NCBI RefSeq assembly: GCF_009914755.1
Contig: NC_060948.1
Direction: 5' to 3' (one strand)
From: the human T2T-CHM13v2.0 reference genome, Homo sapiens
DNA: 64,000 nt
Below are positions 13,446-46,707 of this stretch, in pieces. The notes under the pieces were generated by a model, which worked only from the letters and a program-made list of their open reading frames with translations, was not told the DNA's origin and did not search any database. Position 1 is the stretch's first letter; each line of letters starts with the position of its first letter. Made by a program: the position numbers and the translations under genes.

Positions 13446-14886
13446 CCCCTCTTTCTATTGTTTTAAGGCAGAATATTTCTTAGGTTATTTAAGCATGTCT
13501 CATTACAAAAAGTGGAAAAATTCTTTTAACACTCTTTGTTAGGGTGGGAAAAAGTACAAAGGGCATGAATGGGGGCCAGGTCACTGACAATGGCTTATGC
13601 TTCAGCCCTGGAGGCAGGGCTATGTCTTTGGGTAGTGGATGTCAATGAGGATCCAGGGATGAGGAGATGTTGGGGTTTTTGGCCCCCAGGCAGGGTGCAA
13701 TCTGGTCAGGGCTGGGCTCTCAACATGGAACCCTGCTATGCTTAAGACTCATGGGTATTTTGGACTCAATGTGTGTAAAAAATACTACAAACATTACTAT
13801 ATACTTCATACATAGAAAAATCTAAAGGTTAATTTATAATCATTTATTTAAAATTTTTAATATTGAGATATTCTGGTTCAGGTTCAAAGTTTCCCATTAG
13901 TTCACCAAATGACCCTATGTGGGTCTGTGTTCATATGTACATGACCATGATTTTCAAATTGTTCTCTAACAAGATAATCCTGTTTTAAATTAGCTGTTTT
14001 GTGGACTGCTCCCTATGTCTTTTATATAACAGATTTAGAATTGCTCTATATTGAACTTCTTTTACACTATACCCTGTCCTCACTTCGAGGAGCTCTGAAG
14101 TATGGTGGAGCTCAGGGCACCAAAGAATACCATTAGCTAATCATTAAGACTTCATTTCTAAGTTTTGATTTCTAAGATTATTGATGTTTTCCAGAGTCAA
14201 TAATATCTCTTGCCTTTTTTCAATTGTCTAATTATTTCTACCATTGATTAGAAGATTTAGGATAGGAAATAGGCTTGAGGACCAATATTAATAATATTAA
14301 AAGAGTATTCTCAATAATTGCCAGTTAGGTAAGTTTACTTTGATCCTCTCCTGTGTAGAGGTCTGGATCTGTGTAAGGTAAAGCATTCTACTATAGTAAG
14401 AGAATGCAAATATTTGGACATTTGTTCCCAACTTATACATAAGATAGGAAATTCTAAAGTCATATGATAATAATGCTATTAATTCATGATTTTTTAAAAA
14501 GGAGAGGCCTCTTTTGGTGCATTTAATTTATAGATTATTGAACTGCCTATTGTTGGATATTTACGTAGAACAAACAAGCTTTAATGTACATGTAGCAAAT
14601 AGAGATGGCTACCTAAACTCAGGTTTGTGAATATGATTTTTATATTAATTGGATCATAAGGTAATTGAACAAATTAAAATTGTGCTATGTTCTCAATTTT
14701 TGACAAAGATATGATTGCAAGATTAAAGCTTTTTGAGACAATAATACTAAAGACTCATGTAACTAATACTTTTTGTAATCCAAATACATGGGCTTTTTTA
14801 CTTACTGTTCTGAAGTTGACAGTAGCATTAATAGACCACCATGTTGTTCTAAACTCTTTTAAAACCATGTAAGGAGTAAAACAAAT

Positions 14887-15183
<297 letters not shown>

Positions 15184-15311
15184 GATTAAAACAAATGAAA
15201 AGGATATAACAGCTACCTTATAAATATCTGTCAGCCAACTAGCCAATATTTATTGAGCTTGGTGCCAGCCCTGAGGTCAGTGAAAGAAACCTCTGTTTAC
15301 AACAGTAGCAA

Positions 15312-15590
15312 GGCTGGGTCTAGTGGCTCATGCCTGTAATCCCAACACATTGTGAGGCTGAAGCAGGAGAATCACTTGAGCCCAGGAGTTGGAGACAGGC
15401 CTAAGAAACACAGGGAGACCTCCTCTCTACAAAAAATAAAGTTAGCCCGGCTTAGTGGTGTGTACTTGTAGTCCTACTTACCTGGGAGGCTAAGGTAAGA
15501 GGACCACTTGAGCTTAGGAGTTTGAGGCTGCAGTTAGCCATGATCTCAAAATATAAATAAATAATTTTTTAAATTACAAAATAAATAAAA
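15312..15590 (+). mobile_element. AluJ-like with internal deletion
   Basis: cttgagcccaggagtt motifs; right arm shortened. Confidence 0.85.
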
Positions 15591-15770
15591 CAGCAACAAC
15601 TACCACACTACTGTTATTTTTATTATTTGCCTGAAACTGGCTGGAAGGTAGTAAAATGAAAGTTCAGAGCCCTTAGTAGCTCATTTTAAACTTTGATTTT
15701 TTTGGTGCGCCATTCTATACTCTACATGGTCTTGCCTAAATTTCCAACCTTATGGTTCCTTTCATTTGTT

Positions 15771-16294
15771 CTTTAGAGATAGGATCTTGCTCTGTTGCCC
15801 AGATTCACATAATCATAGCTAAATGCAGCCTCTACCTTTTGATCTGAAGTGATTCTCCCCATGTCAGCCTTCCAAGTAGCTGGGACTACAGGCGTGCACC
15901 ACCAAGCCTGGTTAATTTTTTATTTTTTGTAGAGGTGGGGTCTTGCTATGTTGCCTAGGCTGGTTTCAATCTGCTAGGCTCAAGCAATCCCAAGTGATCT
16001 GCTTGCCTTGGCCACTATGCCTGGCTATTTTTTTTTTTTTAAAGAGACAATGCAATCAATCACCATTTACTACAGCCTCGACCTCCTGGGCTCAAGGGGT
16101 TGTCCTCCCTCAGCCTTCCCACTAGCTGGGACTACAGGTAGGGACCACCATAACTGGCTAATTTTTTAACTATTTATAGAAAGAAGATCCCCACACATTG
16201 CCCAGACTTGTCTTGAACTCCTGGGATCAAGCAGTCCTCCCATCTCTGCTTCCTAAAGTGCTGGGATTACAGATGAGTGCCACTATGCCCAGCC
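15771..16294 (-). mobile_element. Two tandem degenerate AluJ-like elements
   Basis: Reverse Alu motifs at ~15771-16025 and ~16028-16294. Confidence 0.85.
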
Positions 16295-16313
16295 CCAATT
16301 AGATAATCTTTAT

Positions 16314-16793
16314 TGTAGCAGTACAAGCCGCAGACAAAACCTCTCAGACACGGAGTTGTAGAATGAAGGGCTTTATTCAGCTAGGAGCATCAGCAAGCTA
16401 CTGCCTTAAAATCTGAACTCCCTAAATGCACAATTTCTGTCCTTTTTAAGGGCTCACAACACTAAAGATTTCACATGAAAGAGTTGTGATTGATTTGAGC
16501 AAGCAGGCGATATGTGACAGGGGCTGCATGCACCAGTGGTCAGAGAGAAACAGAACAGGGCAGGGAGTTTCACAGTGTTGTTTTATACAGTGTCTGGAAT
16601 CTATGAGTAACATCGGTTTCTAAGTTATGAGTTGATTTTTAACTACTGGGCTTAGGCCAGGCAGGCCCAGGCCTGATTTCAGGCCTGGCACTGGGCTACC
16701 TGTCTTTGGTTTTACTTCCTTCTTGTTTTTTCTTAAAACAGTTACTGAATAGAAAACAATATAAAACAATATGAGAGATTCTCTCTTCCCTCA
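16314..16793 (-). mobile_element. LTR2B-like (HERV-E group) solo LTR
   Basis: Reverse complement runs tgagggaagagag...ctcatattgttttatattg to ...gtctgcggcttgtactgctaca; AATAAA present; 480 bp. Confidence 0.88.
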
Positions 16794-16989
16794 TTTTGAT
16801 TCCGGTAAATGAGAAGAGCTGGTAAAAATTAGACGTAACAGTAAACTGTCTTAAAACTATTTTGGATAACATAAACAACATAGATCTATGAGAAAGTCTA
16901 GATAAATCATGATTTTGCTAGGTGACCTTTGACCTTTTAAGATTTGAGATTTGTATAAATTACAACCTAATATTAAAAATAAGCTACAT

Positions 16990-17905
16990 GGGAGACAGCT
17001 GGCAAGATAGCCTAATAGGAACAGCTCCTGTCTGCATCTCACAGCAAGAGCAACGCAGAAGCAGGTAATTTCTGCATTTCCAACTGAGGTACCCTGTTCA
17101 TCTCATTTTGACTGATTAGACAGTGAGTGCAGCCAATGGAGGGAGAGCACAAGCAGGGTGGGGAGTCACCTCATCCAGGAATTGCAAAGAGCAGGGGAAC
17201 TCCCTCCTCTCGACCCCCACACAATAATAGTGGAGACTTTAACACCCCACTGTCAATATTAGACAGGTGGACGAGACAGAAAATTTATCAGGATATTCAG
17301 GACTTGAACTCAGCTCTGGACCAAGCGAAACCGATAGAAATCTACAGAACTCTCCACCCCAAATCAACAGAATATACATTCTTCTCAGCACCACAAAGCA
17401 CTTATTCTAAAATTGATCACTTAAAAGGAAGTAAAACACTCCTCAGCAAATGCAAAAGAATGGAAATAATAACAGTCTCTCAGACCACAGAGTAATCAAA
17501 TTAGAACTCAGGATTAAGAAACTCAACAAACTGCTCAACTACATGGAAACTGAACAACCTGCTCCTGAATGACTACTGGGTAAATAATAAAATTAAGGTA
17601 GAAATAAGTTCTTTGAGACCAATGAGAACAAAGACACACTTACCAGAATCTCTGGGACACAGCTAAAACAGCGTTAAGAGGGAAATCTGTAGTACTAAAT
17701 GCCCACATCAGAAAGTGGGAAAGATCTAAAATTGACACCCTAACTAACATCACAACTTAAAGAACTGGAGAAACAAGAGCAAACAAATTCAAAAGCAAGC
17801 AAAAGACAAGAAAAACTAAGATCAGAGCAACCCATATTTAAAAAACCCCATTGTCTCAGTCCAAAAACTGCTTAAGCTCACAAGCAACTTTGGCAAATTC
17901 ATAGG
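16990..17905 (+). mobile_element. Internally deleted L1PA7/8-like element (5' UTR start + endonuclease piece + RT piece)
   Basis: First ~220 nt of L1 5' UTR joined at ~17210 to EN sequence ([12 protein letters not shown]), then at ~17830 to RT sequence (aaaccccattgtctcag). Confidence 0.88.
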
Positions 17906-18587
17906 ATGGTGGTCAGAAAGAGAAGATAATCTACTACTTGAACTTCATGACTGTGAGAGGAAACTCACAGTCATGAACTGATAACCCACAAAGGTGAACT
18001 TAAACTCATGTCTGTTCCTTTTGTCTCTGATGATATGGGAATGCTGTCAAACATAGGACCATTTGTCACAGGACTAATCACACAAACACCTGGCTCAGCA
18101 ATCAGAGAAAACTGAAGAAACATACTGGAGGAGCAGGAACATTGTCAGTGCCAGATACTGCTTTATGCCAACAACATTAATCAGCAGATCAGCAATAGTG
18201 TGTGACCTACAAAATAGTTGATCCCTCTCACATCAGGCTTCCAACTCTCAATGGATTCTTCCCTTGTAATCTATGCTAACTGGAAAAAATACAAGAAAAA
18301 ACTACTAGTATTTGTTGTCAAACGTAGCCAAATTCATATGCGATAGTCCACCCTATTTGTAAATTGGTACACATGTAAAATATCTTTAACTTACTCTCTT
18401 TAACTCCAAATAAAGAAGGCATTATACCTTTTCCTAACTGTTTCCACAAAAGAGTATATAAGTCCTCTTTGTTATCTATCTTTTCCTTTGATATGTTTAA
18501 CTCAGCTAAACTAACAACAAATAGAGAGGTATAAAGTTAGCTATTACTAATATGTTATGCAAGATAATAAGGAGTGGAAAGATGACG

Positions 18588-19235
<648 letters not shown>

Positions 19236-19291
19236 GTTGTAAGGATTGTTGGTTTGCTTTTTCAGTTTTGAGTTTTGTTGGGGTGGGGGAT

Positions 19292-19403
19292 TATGGAATC
19301 ATGCTGTGTTGCCCAGGCTGACTTTGAACTACTGGGCTCAAAATATCCTCCTAATTCAGCCTTCTGAGTAGCTGGGATTACAGGTGTGAGCCACCATCCC
19401 TGC
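19292..19403 (-). mobile_element. FLAM-like Alu monomer
   Basis: Single reverse monomer: gttgcccaggctg...gctgggattacaggtgtgagccacc. Confidence 0.75.
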
Positions 19404-19959
19404 TAATTTTTAAGTTTTTATGTTGATCTTCATTAATATTATCCCAAATACAGAAAATCTGTGGAGAAGACTGGATTAATTATTATTTACTTTAGAGCAA
19501 ATAACAACTGCATGCTTCTCTGAATTACAATTTGAGTTACATGCTCTAATTTATTATTTTGGGGTAATGCTATGAGAGCGAGGCATAGATACCAAGGAAA
19601 ATGAATCTGGATGCTTATATTTATATCATTCTCTTCCCTTCCTGAAAGAAGAGTGAAAGACATTCCTCTTTGTATAGAATTCTTATGTCATTTTTAACTT
19701 TTTTGAATGTGGAGAGATCTCATCACAAGAAATTTAAGCTCATTTTGTCAAGCTTTACAATACAAGCCTGTGTACATGGTTATGGATCTCATCTCTCTTT
19801 GGAATGTTACTTAACTTCTGAAGTTAGGTACATATTAATATATCTGGAATTTTTTAAACTCAAAATCTTAACTTTTATTATTGATTTTTTCCCAATAAGA
19901 TTAAGGCTGATATTGCCACATTTGACAGATAAAGAAGCTGAGACCCCAAAATGGTTAGA

Positions 19960-22403
<2,444 letters not shown>

Positions 22404-22554
22404 AATTCTAAACTACTTTATGTTAACAAATCTAGGAATTTAGATTAAGCGGACAAATTTTTGAAAGTTATAAACTAATAAGTTCACTTATAAGAAATGG
22501 ATAATCTAAATGGTAGAGTTAACTTTTTTTTGAAAGGAAAATAATACTAATTCA

Positions 22555-22950
<396 letters not shown>

Positions 22951-22952
22951 TC

Positions 22953-23054
22953 ATATATATATATATACACACATATATATACACACACATATATATACAC
23001 ATATATATACACACACACACACACATATATATATATACATACATATATATATAT
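22953..23054. repeat. Compound (TA)n/(CA)n microsatellite
   Basis: Direct observation. Confidence 0.95.
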
Positions 23055-23065
23055 AAAACCAGATA

Positions 23066-23400
<335 letters not shown>

Positions 23401-24086
23401 AAACAGATACAACACATAAAGCATTACAAGGAAAGAAAATTAGATAATTACGGAAAATATCTTCAATCAATGTGATGCCTATGTCCTAAAAAATTTAGTA
23501 AACCAAATGTAGAGATTAAAAATATATTATACTGTTATACTATTGCCAAGGGTATTATTACAGGAATACAGAAATAGAAAAAGAACTAGTGTTAGTTATC
23601 TAGATGGGTATATTAAAACATTTGACAAAACCCAACATCCATTCTAATACACAATGACAATTTCTCAAACAGATTTTAAGAAGCCATATACAAATATCTG
23701 AAACCAGTCTTATGCTTAATGGTGAAAGGCTGAATACTCTGCCCAAAATTATCAGGAACAAGACACGGATGCCTACTGTTACTACTGCTATTCAACATCA
23801 AACTAGATATTCCAGCTAGTATAATAAAAAGTGAGTAAAAAACATCCAGACTCCAACAGGAAAATTAAAACTATTCACTGTTTCACCAAAAAAAGACATA
23901 AATGACTAACAGGCATATAAAAACATTCTAAGTATCACTAATCATTACAGAACTGCAAATTAGGACTGCAGTGAGATATCACATCACACCAATTTGGCAA
24001 TTATAAAAAAAGATAAATATTGATGAAGATATGGAGGAAAAAAACACTTGCACACTGTTGGTAGAAATGTAAATTAACATATACAT

Positions 24087-32112
<8,026 letters not shown>

Positions 32113-32584
32113 TGCTGACACCTGAACTACAGAACAGAAGGCAACTGGCCTGATTCTTGGGTTACTTTGTGAGAGTTTTGCCATATGGACATTAGATCTC
32201 CTTTTGTCAATATCCTGTTAAAAGAGGTCCTGCAATTGCTGGCAATTATAGTCTTACAATTTAATATTTGTTTGTTTCTGGGGTTATTTTGCTGTTCCAT
32301 TGTATTCAGTCATCACGGTGAAATTTACAGCACTGCTTTTCTATCAGCATCACTATGTATTCTGGTCCTCTTTTCTTTAATGACATTTTTCTTAGGCTGT
32401 ATGACTATATGATCCTAATAAACTTAACTGAACTATGCTGGGGTAAGTGTTGGTTGAATTGCAATCTTCTTTTCATACTCTCTGCCTTTTGAATTAACTT
32501 TGTAAAGCTCAAAGAAAAATATGAAACACCCCAAGCCCTAAATGGATTGGTACAGAGATCCAATTACCTGGTTTTTAAAAACCC

Positions 32585-33922
<1,338 letters not shown>

Positions 33923-33984
33923 GCGTAAAGGATTATCCTCTCTTCCCATATACATAACTATATTATTAATAAAATTAAATGTAA

Positions 33985-34277
33985 ATTTTTTTTTTTGAGA
34001 CACAGTCTCATTTGTCGCCCTGGCTGGAGTGCAGTGGTGCCATATCAACTCACTGCAACTTCCGTCTCCTGAGTTCAAGCGATTCTCCTGACTCAGCCTC
34101 CTGAGTAGCTGGGACTACAGGCATGTGCCACCATGACCAGCTAATTTTTTATATTTTTTGGTAGAGATGAGGTTTCACCATGTTAGCCAGGATGGTCTTG
34201 ATCTCCTGACCTTGTGATCCACCCACCTCTGTCTCCCAAAGTGCTGGGATTACAGGCATGAGCCACTGCACTCTGCC
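33985..34277 (-). mobile_element. AluS
   Basis: Reverse dimer; TSD AAATGTAAATTTTT. Confidence 0.93.
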
Positions 34278-34329
34278 AAATGTAAATTTTTATATTTTGT
34301 GATATAACATTTTATACTGCATGATAGAG

Positions 34330-36965
34330 GTATATGTACAAAAATTCAACATATCGATGTATGCAGAAAAAGCATTTGACATGAGGCAACCCTTATTCAG
34401 AATGAAAATATTAAGCAAACTAGGAACTAACAATTTTTTTCAACTTTATAAAGAACACCCATAAAAACTTACAGCTAACATCATAATGGTAAAAAACAAA
34501 ATGCTTTTCCCCTAAAATTGAGTACAAGACAAAGATCTCCCCTTTAACTACTTCTGTCAACATTGTACCAGAACTCTGAGCTAATGCAATAAGACATGAC
34601 AAGGAAATAAAAATATGAAAATTGGGAGGAAGGGAATAAAACTCTCATTGTGTACAGATGCAAAGTCTATAAAAATGAATTGTCAAAAATACTTCTGAAA
34701 CTAAGCAGTAATTACAGGAAGGATGCAGGATACAGTTAATATATTAAAATCATTGCTTCCATGTACAAGAATGAAAATTGGAAAATTAAATTAAATATCA
34801 CTGAGTGGAACTAGACATCAGCAAGAAGGTGGAATAAGATTTCCAAGCACTAACTTCTCTGCAGGACATCAATTTTAATGACTATCTACGTACATTTTCA
34901 TATATGTACACCTTCAAAGGTGCATAAGAAACCAGGTGAGAGATGATAGCACCTGGGTATAGCACAGAAGTAAAAACAGATGCATTAAAGAGGGTAGAAA
35001 GAAAGCTTTACCATCCCCTACGAGTTAGCAGAGTGTGGAGAGAGATGCTCATTGCTTAGGGAATGGAGAGGAAAATGTGCACTGAAATTTGCCTCAGACT
35101 CCAACACTAGGCCTACCCTTAGTAAAACCCAGTGCAAGACAGGCCCCAACATCCCCAGGCTCCAGGCTGGTACCTGGAGACCTGAATGCTGGGATCTTCA
35201 AGCCTGCTTCCCTTGCCAAGCAGAATTCCACAGCCCTAGGCTCCCAGGACTGCTTGTTCTACTTCCAGACCACCTTAGTGCCAGGTTTACCATAGACACC
35301 CCAGGCTCTTGAGCATTCCCAGCACCACAATGACACCCATGGCTGCAGGCCTCAAGCCCACCGCAACACCAGCTGGGCCTTAACAACCCCAGTCATTACA
35401 TGAAAACCCAAGAACCAAGCTTCCAAACCAGCCCATGTTGATATAAGCTCCAGGGCCTCCCAGGACATGGCAAGTTTGTGTGGCCTTAGTCCCTTACCTA
35501 CGGGGTGACCCTCCAAGCTCATCCAGGTACCAGGTGGGACCTGATAGCCCCTCCTTCCATAAATGTGTCCCAGCCCCAGCCTAGCCCCATTAGACTGAAG
35601 TTCTGGGCCTTTATCAATCCTAAACCATCTCCAGCAGCTTAAGTTCTGGAATGCCCTTAGCCCCAGTGTGGCTTCCACAGCCCTAGTAATCAGGTCAATA
35701 CCCACAGACCCAGACTCCAGACTGACCCAAACCCAGGCTCTGGGCCCATACCAGGTTTCTGACCAGCTCTGAGCCAGGTTGGCCTGCGCAGCCCAACCTC
35801 CAAGACTTCTAATGTCTACCTAGTTCCCATGGCTGCACCCTCTAGCCTTGCCTCTGCAGACCCACACTCCAGCAGACTTATTGTTCATGTGCTTTCAAAT
35901 AGACCTCAGCTCTGGACCAGCCCCCAGGTTTCAGGCTGGACCCTCGGCCCCAGAATCCAAGTCAGCCCTCACAGATCTGTCCTCTAGATTAGGACCCACA
36001 CATTCAGTCTCCAGCTTTGCCCAGGGGACTCAAGGTTTATGTTCATTCCCATGGCTCCAGGAACCAAGTAAGTACAGGCAATCTCAATTTCCAAGCTAGC
36101 CCCAATATCCCTAGGCTGCACAGGTGCCACAATGCCAGGCCAGACTCAGGTTCAGGCCAGTCTCCAGAGGACTCAGGATGCAGACCTGATCTTACAGACC
36201 CAGCGACAAGGCCTGATCCAGCAAATCCCAGTGTTAAGCTGTGTCTCACAGGCTGAGGCTCCAAAATTAGCCCTGTCAATCCTTCAGAAATGAAGGGGAG
36301 AAAAAGGCTACCAAACAAAAGGTGAGGGAGCTCGTCACCACCAGACAATGAGAAATGCCAGGAAAAACTTCAAGCTGAAAATTTAAAACAAAACTATTAA
36401 CAAAAAAAATGTGAAAATATAAAACTTACTGGACACTCGAATATCATAACAGTTTAAATATTTGGTATAAAGATGAAAAGACAAAACTATTTAAAATAAT
36501 AATAGCTACAATAATTTGTTAGGGAACACTCAATGTAAAAAGATGCAAAATACTCACCAGAAGCAAAATGTTAGGGGTGGAGTAAAAATGTTCATTTTCT
36601 TAATGCCTTCAAAGTTAAGTTGCTGTCAGCTTAAAATGGACTGTTTTAACCATGTTTTAGGAAAGTCTCATGATAACTACGAAACAAGAAGTACAGTACA
36701 TGCACAAAAGATAAAAAGTAAGGAATAAAATGGTACTACCTGAGGAAACCCAATCACCAAAGGGTTTGAGAGAGGAGGAAAGCAATAAAGGGTCTATAGA
36801 ATAATTTAAAAAAAACCCTAAATGACAGTAGTAAATTCTTATTTATTAATAATTTCCTTGCACATAGATAGACTAAAATCTCCAGTCAATAAACATACAA
36901 TGAAATACAAATAAACAATGACATAACTATACACTGCCTATGACAGACTCACTTCCCCTTTAATG
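34330..36965 (+). mobile_element. Old L1M fragments: ORF2 piece, then GC-rich 5' UTR and ORF1/ORF2 junction
   Basis: ORF2-like 34330-34800; 5' end-like cagcaagaaggtggaataag at ~34820 followed by ccaggctccagg-rich UTR; EN sequence resumes at 43412. Confidence 0.6.
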
Positions 36966-43411
<6,446 letters not shown>

Positions 43412-44125
43412 AAGACACATACACTGAAAGTAATGGGATGGAAAAGATATTGCCTAAAAATGAAAACAGAACAGAAGACATTACCACATATTTTTAGAAA
43501 AAAGTAGATATTTAGTCAAAAACTGTGAAAAAAGACAAAGAAGGTCATTAAACAGTTACAGGATCAACTAATCAAGAGATTATGACACTTGTAAATATGT
43601 ACCCAGCATTAAAGCACCTACATATATAAAGAAAATATTAATAGATCTGAAATGAGATATAGATGCAAAGATAGTAGGGGACATCAATACCCCACTTTCA
43701 GCAACAGACAGATTATCCAGAGAGAAAATCATAAGGAAATATTGAACTTAAACTAAACTTTAGACTAAAAGGACTAATAAAAACAGTTGGAACACTTCAT
43801 GTAATAGAAGTAGAATGTACACTCTTCTCAAGCGCACATGGAAGATTTTCTAAGATAGATAATATATTAGGCCACAAAACAAGAGTTAACAAATTTAGTA
43901 TTGACATTATGTCAAGTAACTTTTTTGACCAAAATTGTATGAAACTAGAAATTAAAAATAGAAAATTTTAGAAATTTTGCAAATATGTAGAAATTAAGCA
44001 ACATGCTTCTGAAAATAAATAATAATCGTTGAAGAAATAAAAACTAAACAATGTAAATGACAAAAAAACTGAGTTGTTTTTTGAAAAACCAACAAAATTG
44101 AAAAACCTTTTACCTAGACTATCTC
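43412..44125 (+). mobile_element. L1M endonuclease region (continuation)
   Basis: actgaaagtaatgggatggaaaagata...caaagaaggtcatta...ggggacatcaataccccact. Confidence 0.75.
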
Positions 44126-44135
44126 ATGAAAAAAG

Positions 44136-46707
44136 AGAGAAGGGGGGATGAGGTTTAAGATGGCTGACTAGAAGCAGCAAGTGGGCAACACTTTCATAAA
44201 GACGAAATAAAGTAGCAAGTAAATAGTAGCTCTTCAAGTGGATATCTAAGATACCCCATCGGGATTCACCAACGTGGCAAAAGGACTCACAGAGAACAGA
44301 GCAAACCCAGGTAGCGGCCCACCCAGAACTGATGTGGAACTGGGAGAACCTCTCACACAATGAAAGGGTGAATGACTGAGGGTCCCCAGGGGATCCACAC
44401 TTCCCATATGGACCTTCAAATCCTAGGTATGGGTAATCTTCCCTGTCCCCCAGGTCTCTAAGACCAACATAGAGAGGTGCCTAGAGTTTTTGCAGAGCAT
44501 CACTCAAGCCCATGAGGAGCTTTGCCAGTCATGGAGCCCTGTGAACCCTAGCACCAGCTGCCATAACCACAATAGATACTGCAGTCACAGTGCCAAGGTT
44601 GGCTTGGGCTTTCAGCATAATGAACACACTGCCACCTGAATTCTGCAGGTGGACATAACTCTACATTCTCCTAGGAATCACCTGAACTGCAGACCATATG
44701 ATATCTTCTACCCCTGTCCTGCTGCTCCTAGCTAGGCAAGGCTCATTGGTTTAGGCTTCTAGTACAGTGACCTTGCCCCTTCCTGCACACTGGAGTGGAT
44801 CACAGCTCTGTGTTCTTCAGGGACAAACCTCTTAGAGGTAATAGACAATGCTTGACATTGCATGCCCCCAACAGTGAAGTTCAGGATTGTTCAGGTGGGA
44901 AGTATGAGCATGTCATCCACCCAACAGCTTACAGTCTTCATTGCCCCAGCTAAGAAATTCTGATCTCTCCAGTGAAAGGCTCATAGCATAGCCATTCTCT
45001 GCCTGCCTAAGTGTATTACCTGTGGCCCAGAGACCTTCTGAAATCCCAACCCCTACTGCCTTGTGATAGTCCCTCCACCACCTAAGCATTTGATTTGCCC
45101 TTGCCTGAAATTGACCCAGGGACCAGTCCATATCCCTGAGTTCACCCCCATACCACAGCCAGCATTTAATTCTTTACTGGCCTAACCCTGATTCAGCCTC
45201 CTCAGGAATTATACACATTTTTCACCGTGCCATCTAGGCATCTGGGTATTGAAGAATTAACTACCCAGTTTCAACTCTGTTATTACCCGACCATTTCTCT
45301 CAGGACTTGATGTTGTGCTGACCCAATCAGCCAACAACACCATGACCAACACCCATTCTTATGGGCTTAAAGGTCGAGCCCAACATTTACAAGCCCCACC
45401 TTTACAATTACACTCCCCGTCACCCATCCAAACAATGCTGAACTTTACTGTTGGTCATAAACAAAGGTGTCAAGCATTGTCCACTACCTTCATGAGTTTT
45501 GTCCCAGAGAAATGCAGGACTATTATCCACTGCAGTGCTCGGGTAGAGGTAGGGCCATTCTGCGCAGTATTGCTACATCAGAGAACAGGCAAGCCTTAAG
45601 GTTCTCAGTATTGGGTTGAGTGACAAGGATATGCCCTAATCCACTCCCATGAAGAGTTAAAAGTCATTCCTCATGGTTTCAACTACATTGCAGTTCAGAG
45701 ACAGACTACAGTGTGCATCTGAACTAGAAGTTATGAGCCCTGGAACAAAACAGTGATCAGGAAAGAGATTGCATTCTCGCCTATCTAGGATGGGAAAGCC
45801 AGAGAAGCCCCAAGAATCCACCTGTTTATCGACCTATGGAGGCCTCAGCATACTTCACCAGGAGCTTCTTCCAATCACCCTCGTCAGGGCTGATTCCTAC
45901 AGTAACCATTGGGATATGTATGGAAAAGTCAGAAGCCCCATTTCTGCCCAGATGTGTACTGCCACGTGTATAGAATAAGAAGCTTGGGAAATGGGTTTTC
46001 AACTCTTCAGTCCTTCATCTTAAATAATAAAAAATACCTCATAAAAAGCAAAAATCAGTTCCATGCCCATTTGCTTGTGCAGCACCTGGCTTTTACCTGC
46101 AAAGTAAAACTGTACAGCTCAATGGAAAACCTGCCAACAGAAGTTTTTAGGACTATGGAAGAAAGACCAAAAGACATTTTCCAACACAGTGCTCTCCAGA
46201 TGAGAAAAAGCCAGTGTAAGAATTCTGTCACCATGTAAAATCTGAATCTGAATGTTGTGACACCACCAAAGGCTTACCATTGTTCTCCAGCAATTGTCAC
46301 TAACTAAAATCTGCCATTGAGATGACAGATGCATAATTGAAACCACGGATTGCAGGGAAACTCGACATGATCCAAAGTAAGGTTGAAAATCAGCACTAAA
46401 AAACCTCCAAAGAAATCCAGGAAATAAAGGAAGAAATAATCATCTTAAAGGAAATCAATCAAAGCTACTGAACATAAAAAACTCACTTAAAGGATTTCAA
46501 AATACAACAGAAAGCTTTAACTGTAGACTCTACAAAGCAGAAGAAAGAATTTCAGAGCCTGAAGGCCGGTACTAAGTCAGTCAGACACAAATAAAGAAAA
46601 TAGAGTTTTAAAAATGCAATGAAGTCTCTAGGAAATGTAGGATTCTGTGAAGTGACTAAATTTCTGAATTATTGGCATTCCTGAAAGAGAAAGAAAAAGG
46701 TCAACAA
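44136..46707 (+). mobile_element. Old L1PA (L1PA13-16-like) 5' UTR and first half of ORF1; continues at 52827-53395 and 59980-61195
   Basis: aagatggctgactag start; ORF1 (attggcattcctgaaagagaa) resumes exactly after the 52813-52826 TSD. Confidence 0.78.

Noticed and set aside
17905-18580. Possible ancient ERVL LTR/internal fragment
   Set aside because: Too degenerate to call by eye.
32185-32412. Hydrophobic 75-aa ORF as membrane microprotein
   Set aside because: T-rich composition explains hydrophobicity; no promoter or homology evidence.
35052-36348. GC-rich ORF cluster with ccagg-type repeats
   Set aside because: Fits an old L1M 5' UTR; CpG-depleted, not an island or gene.
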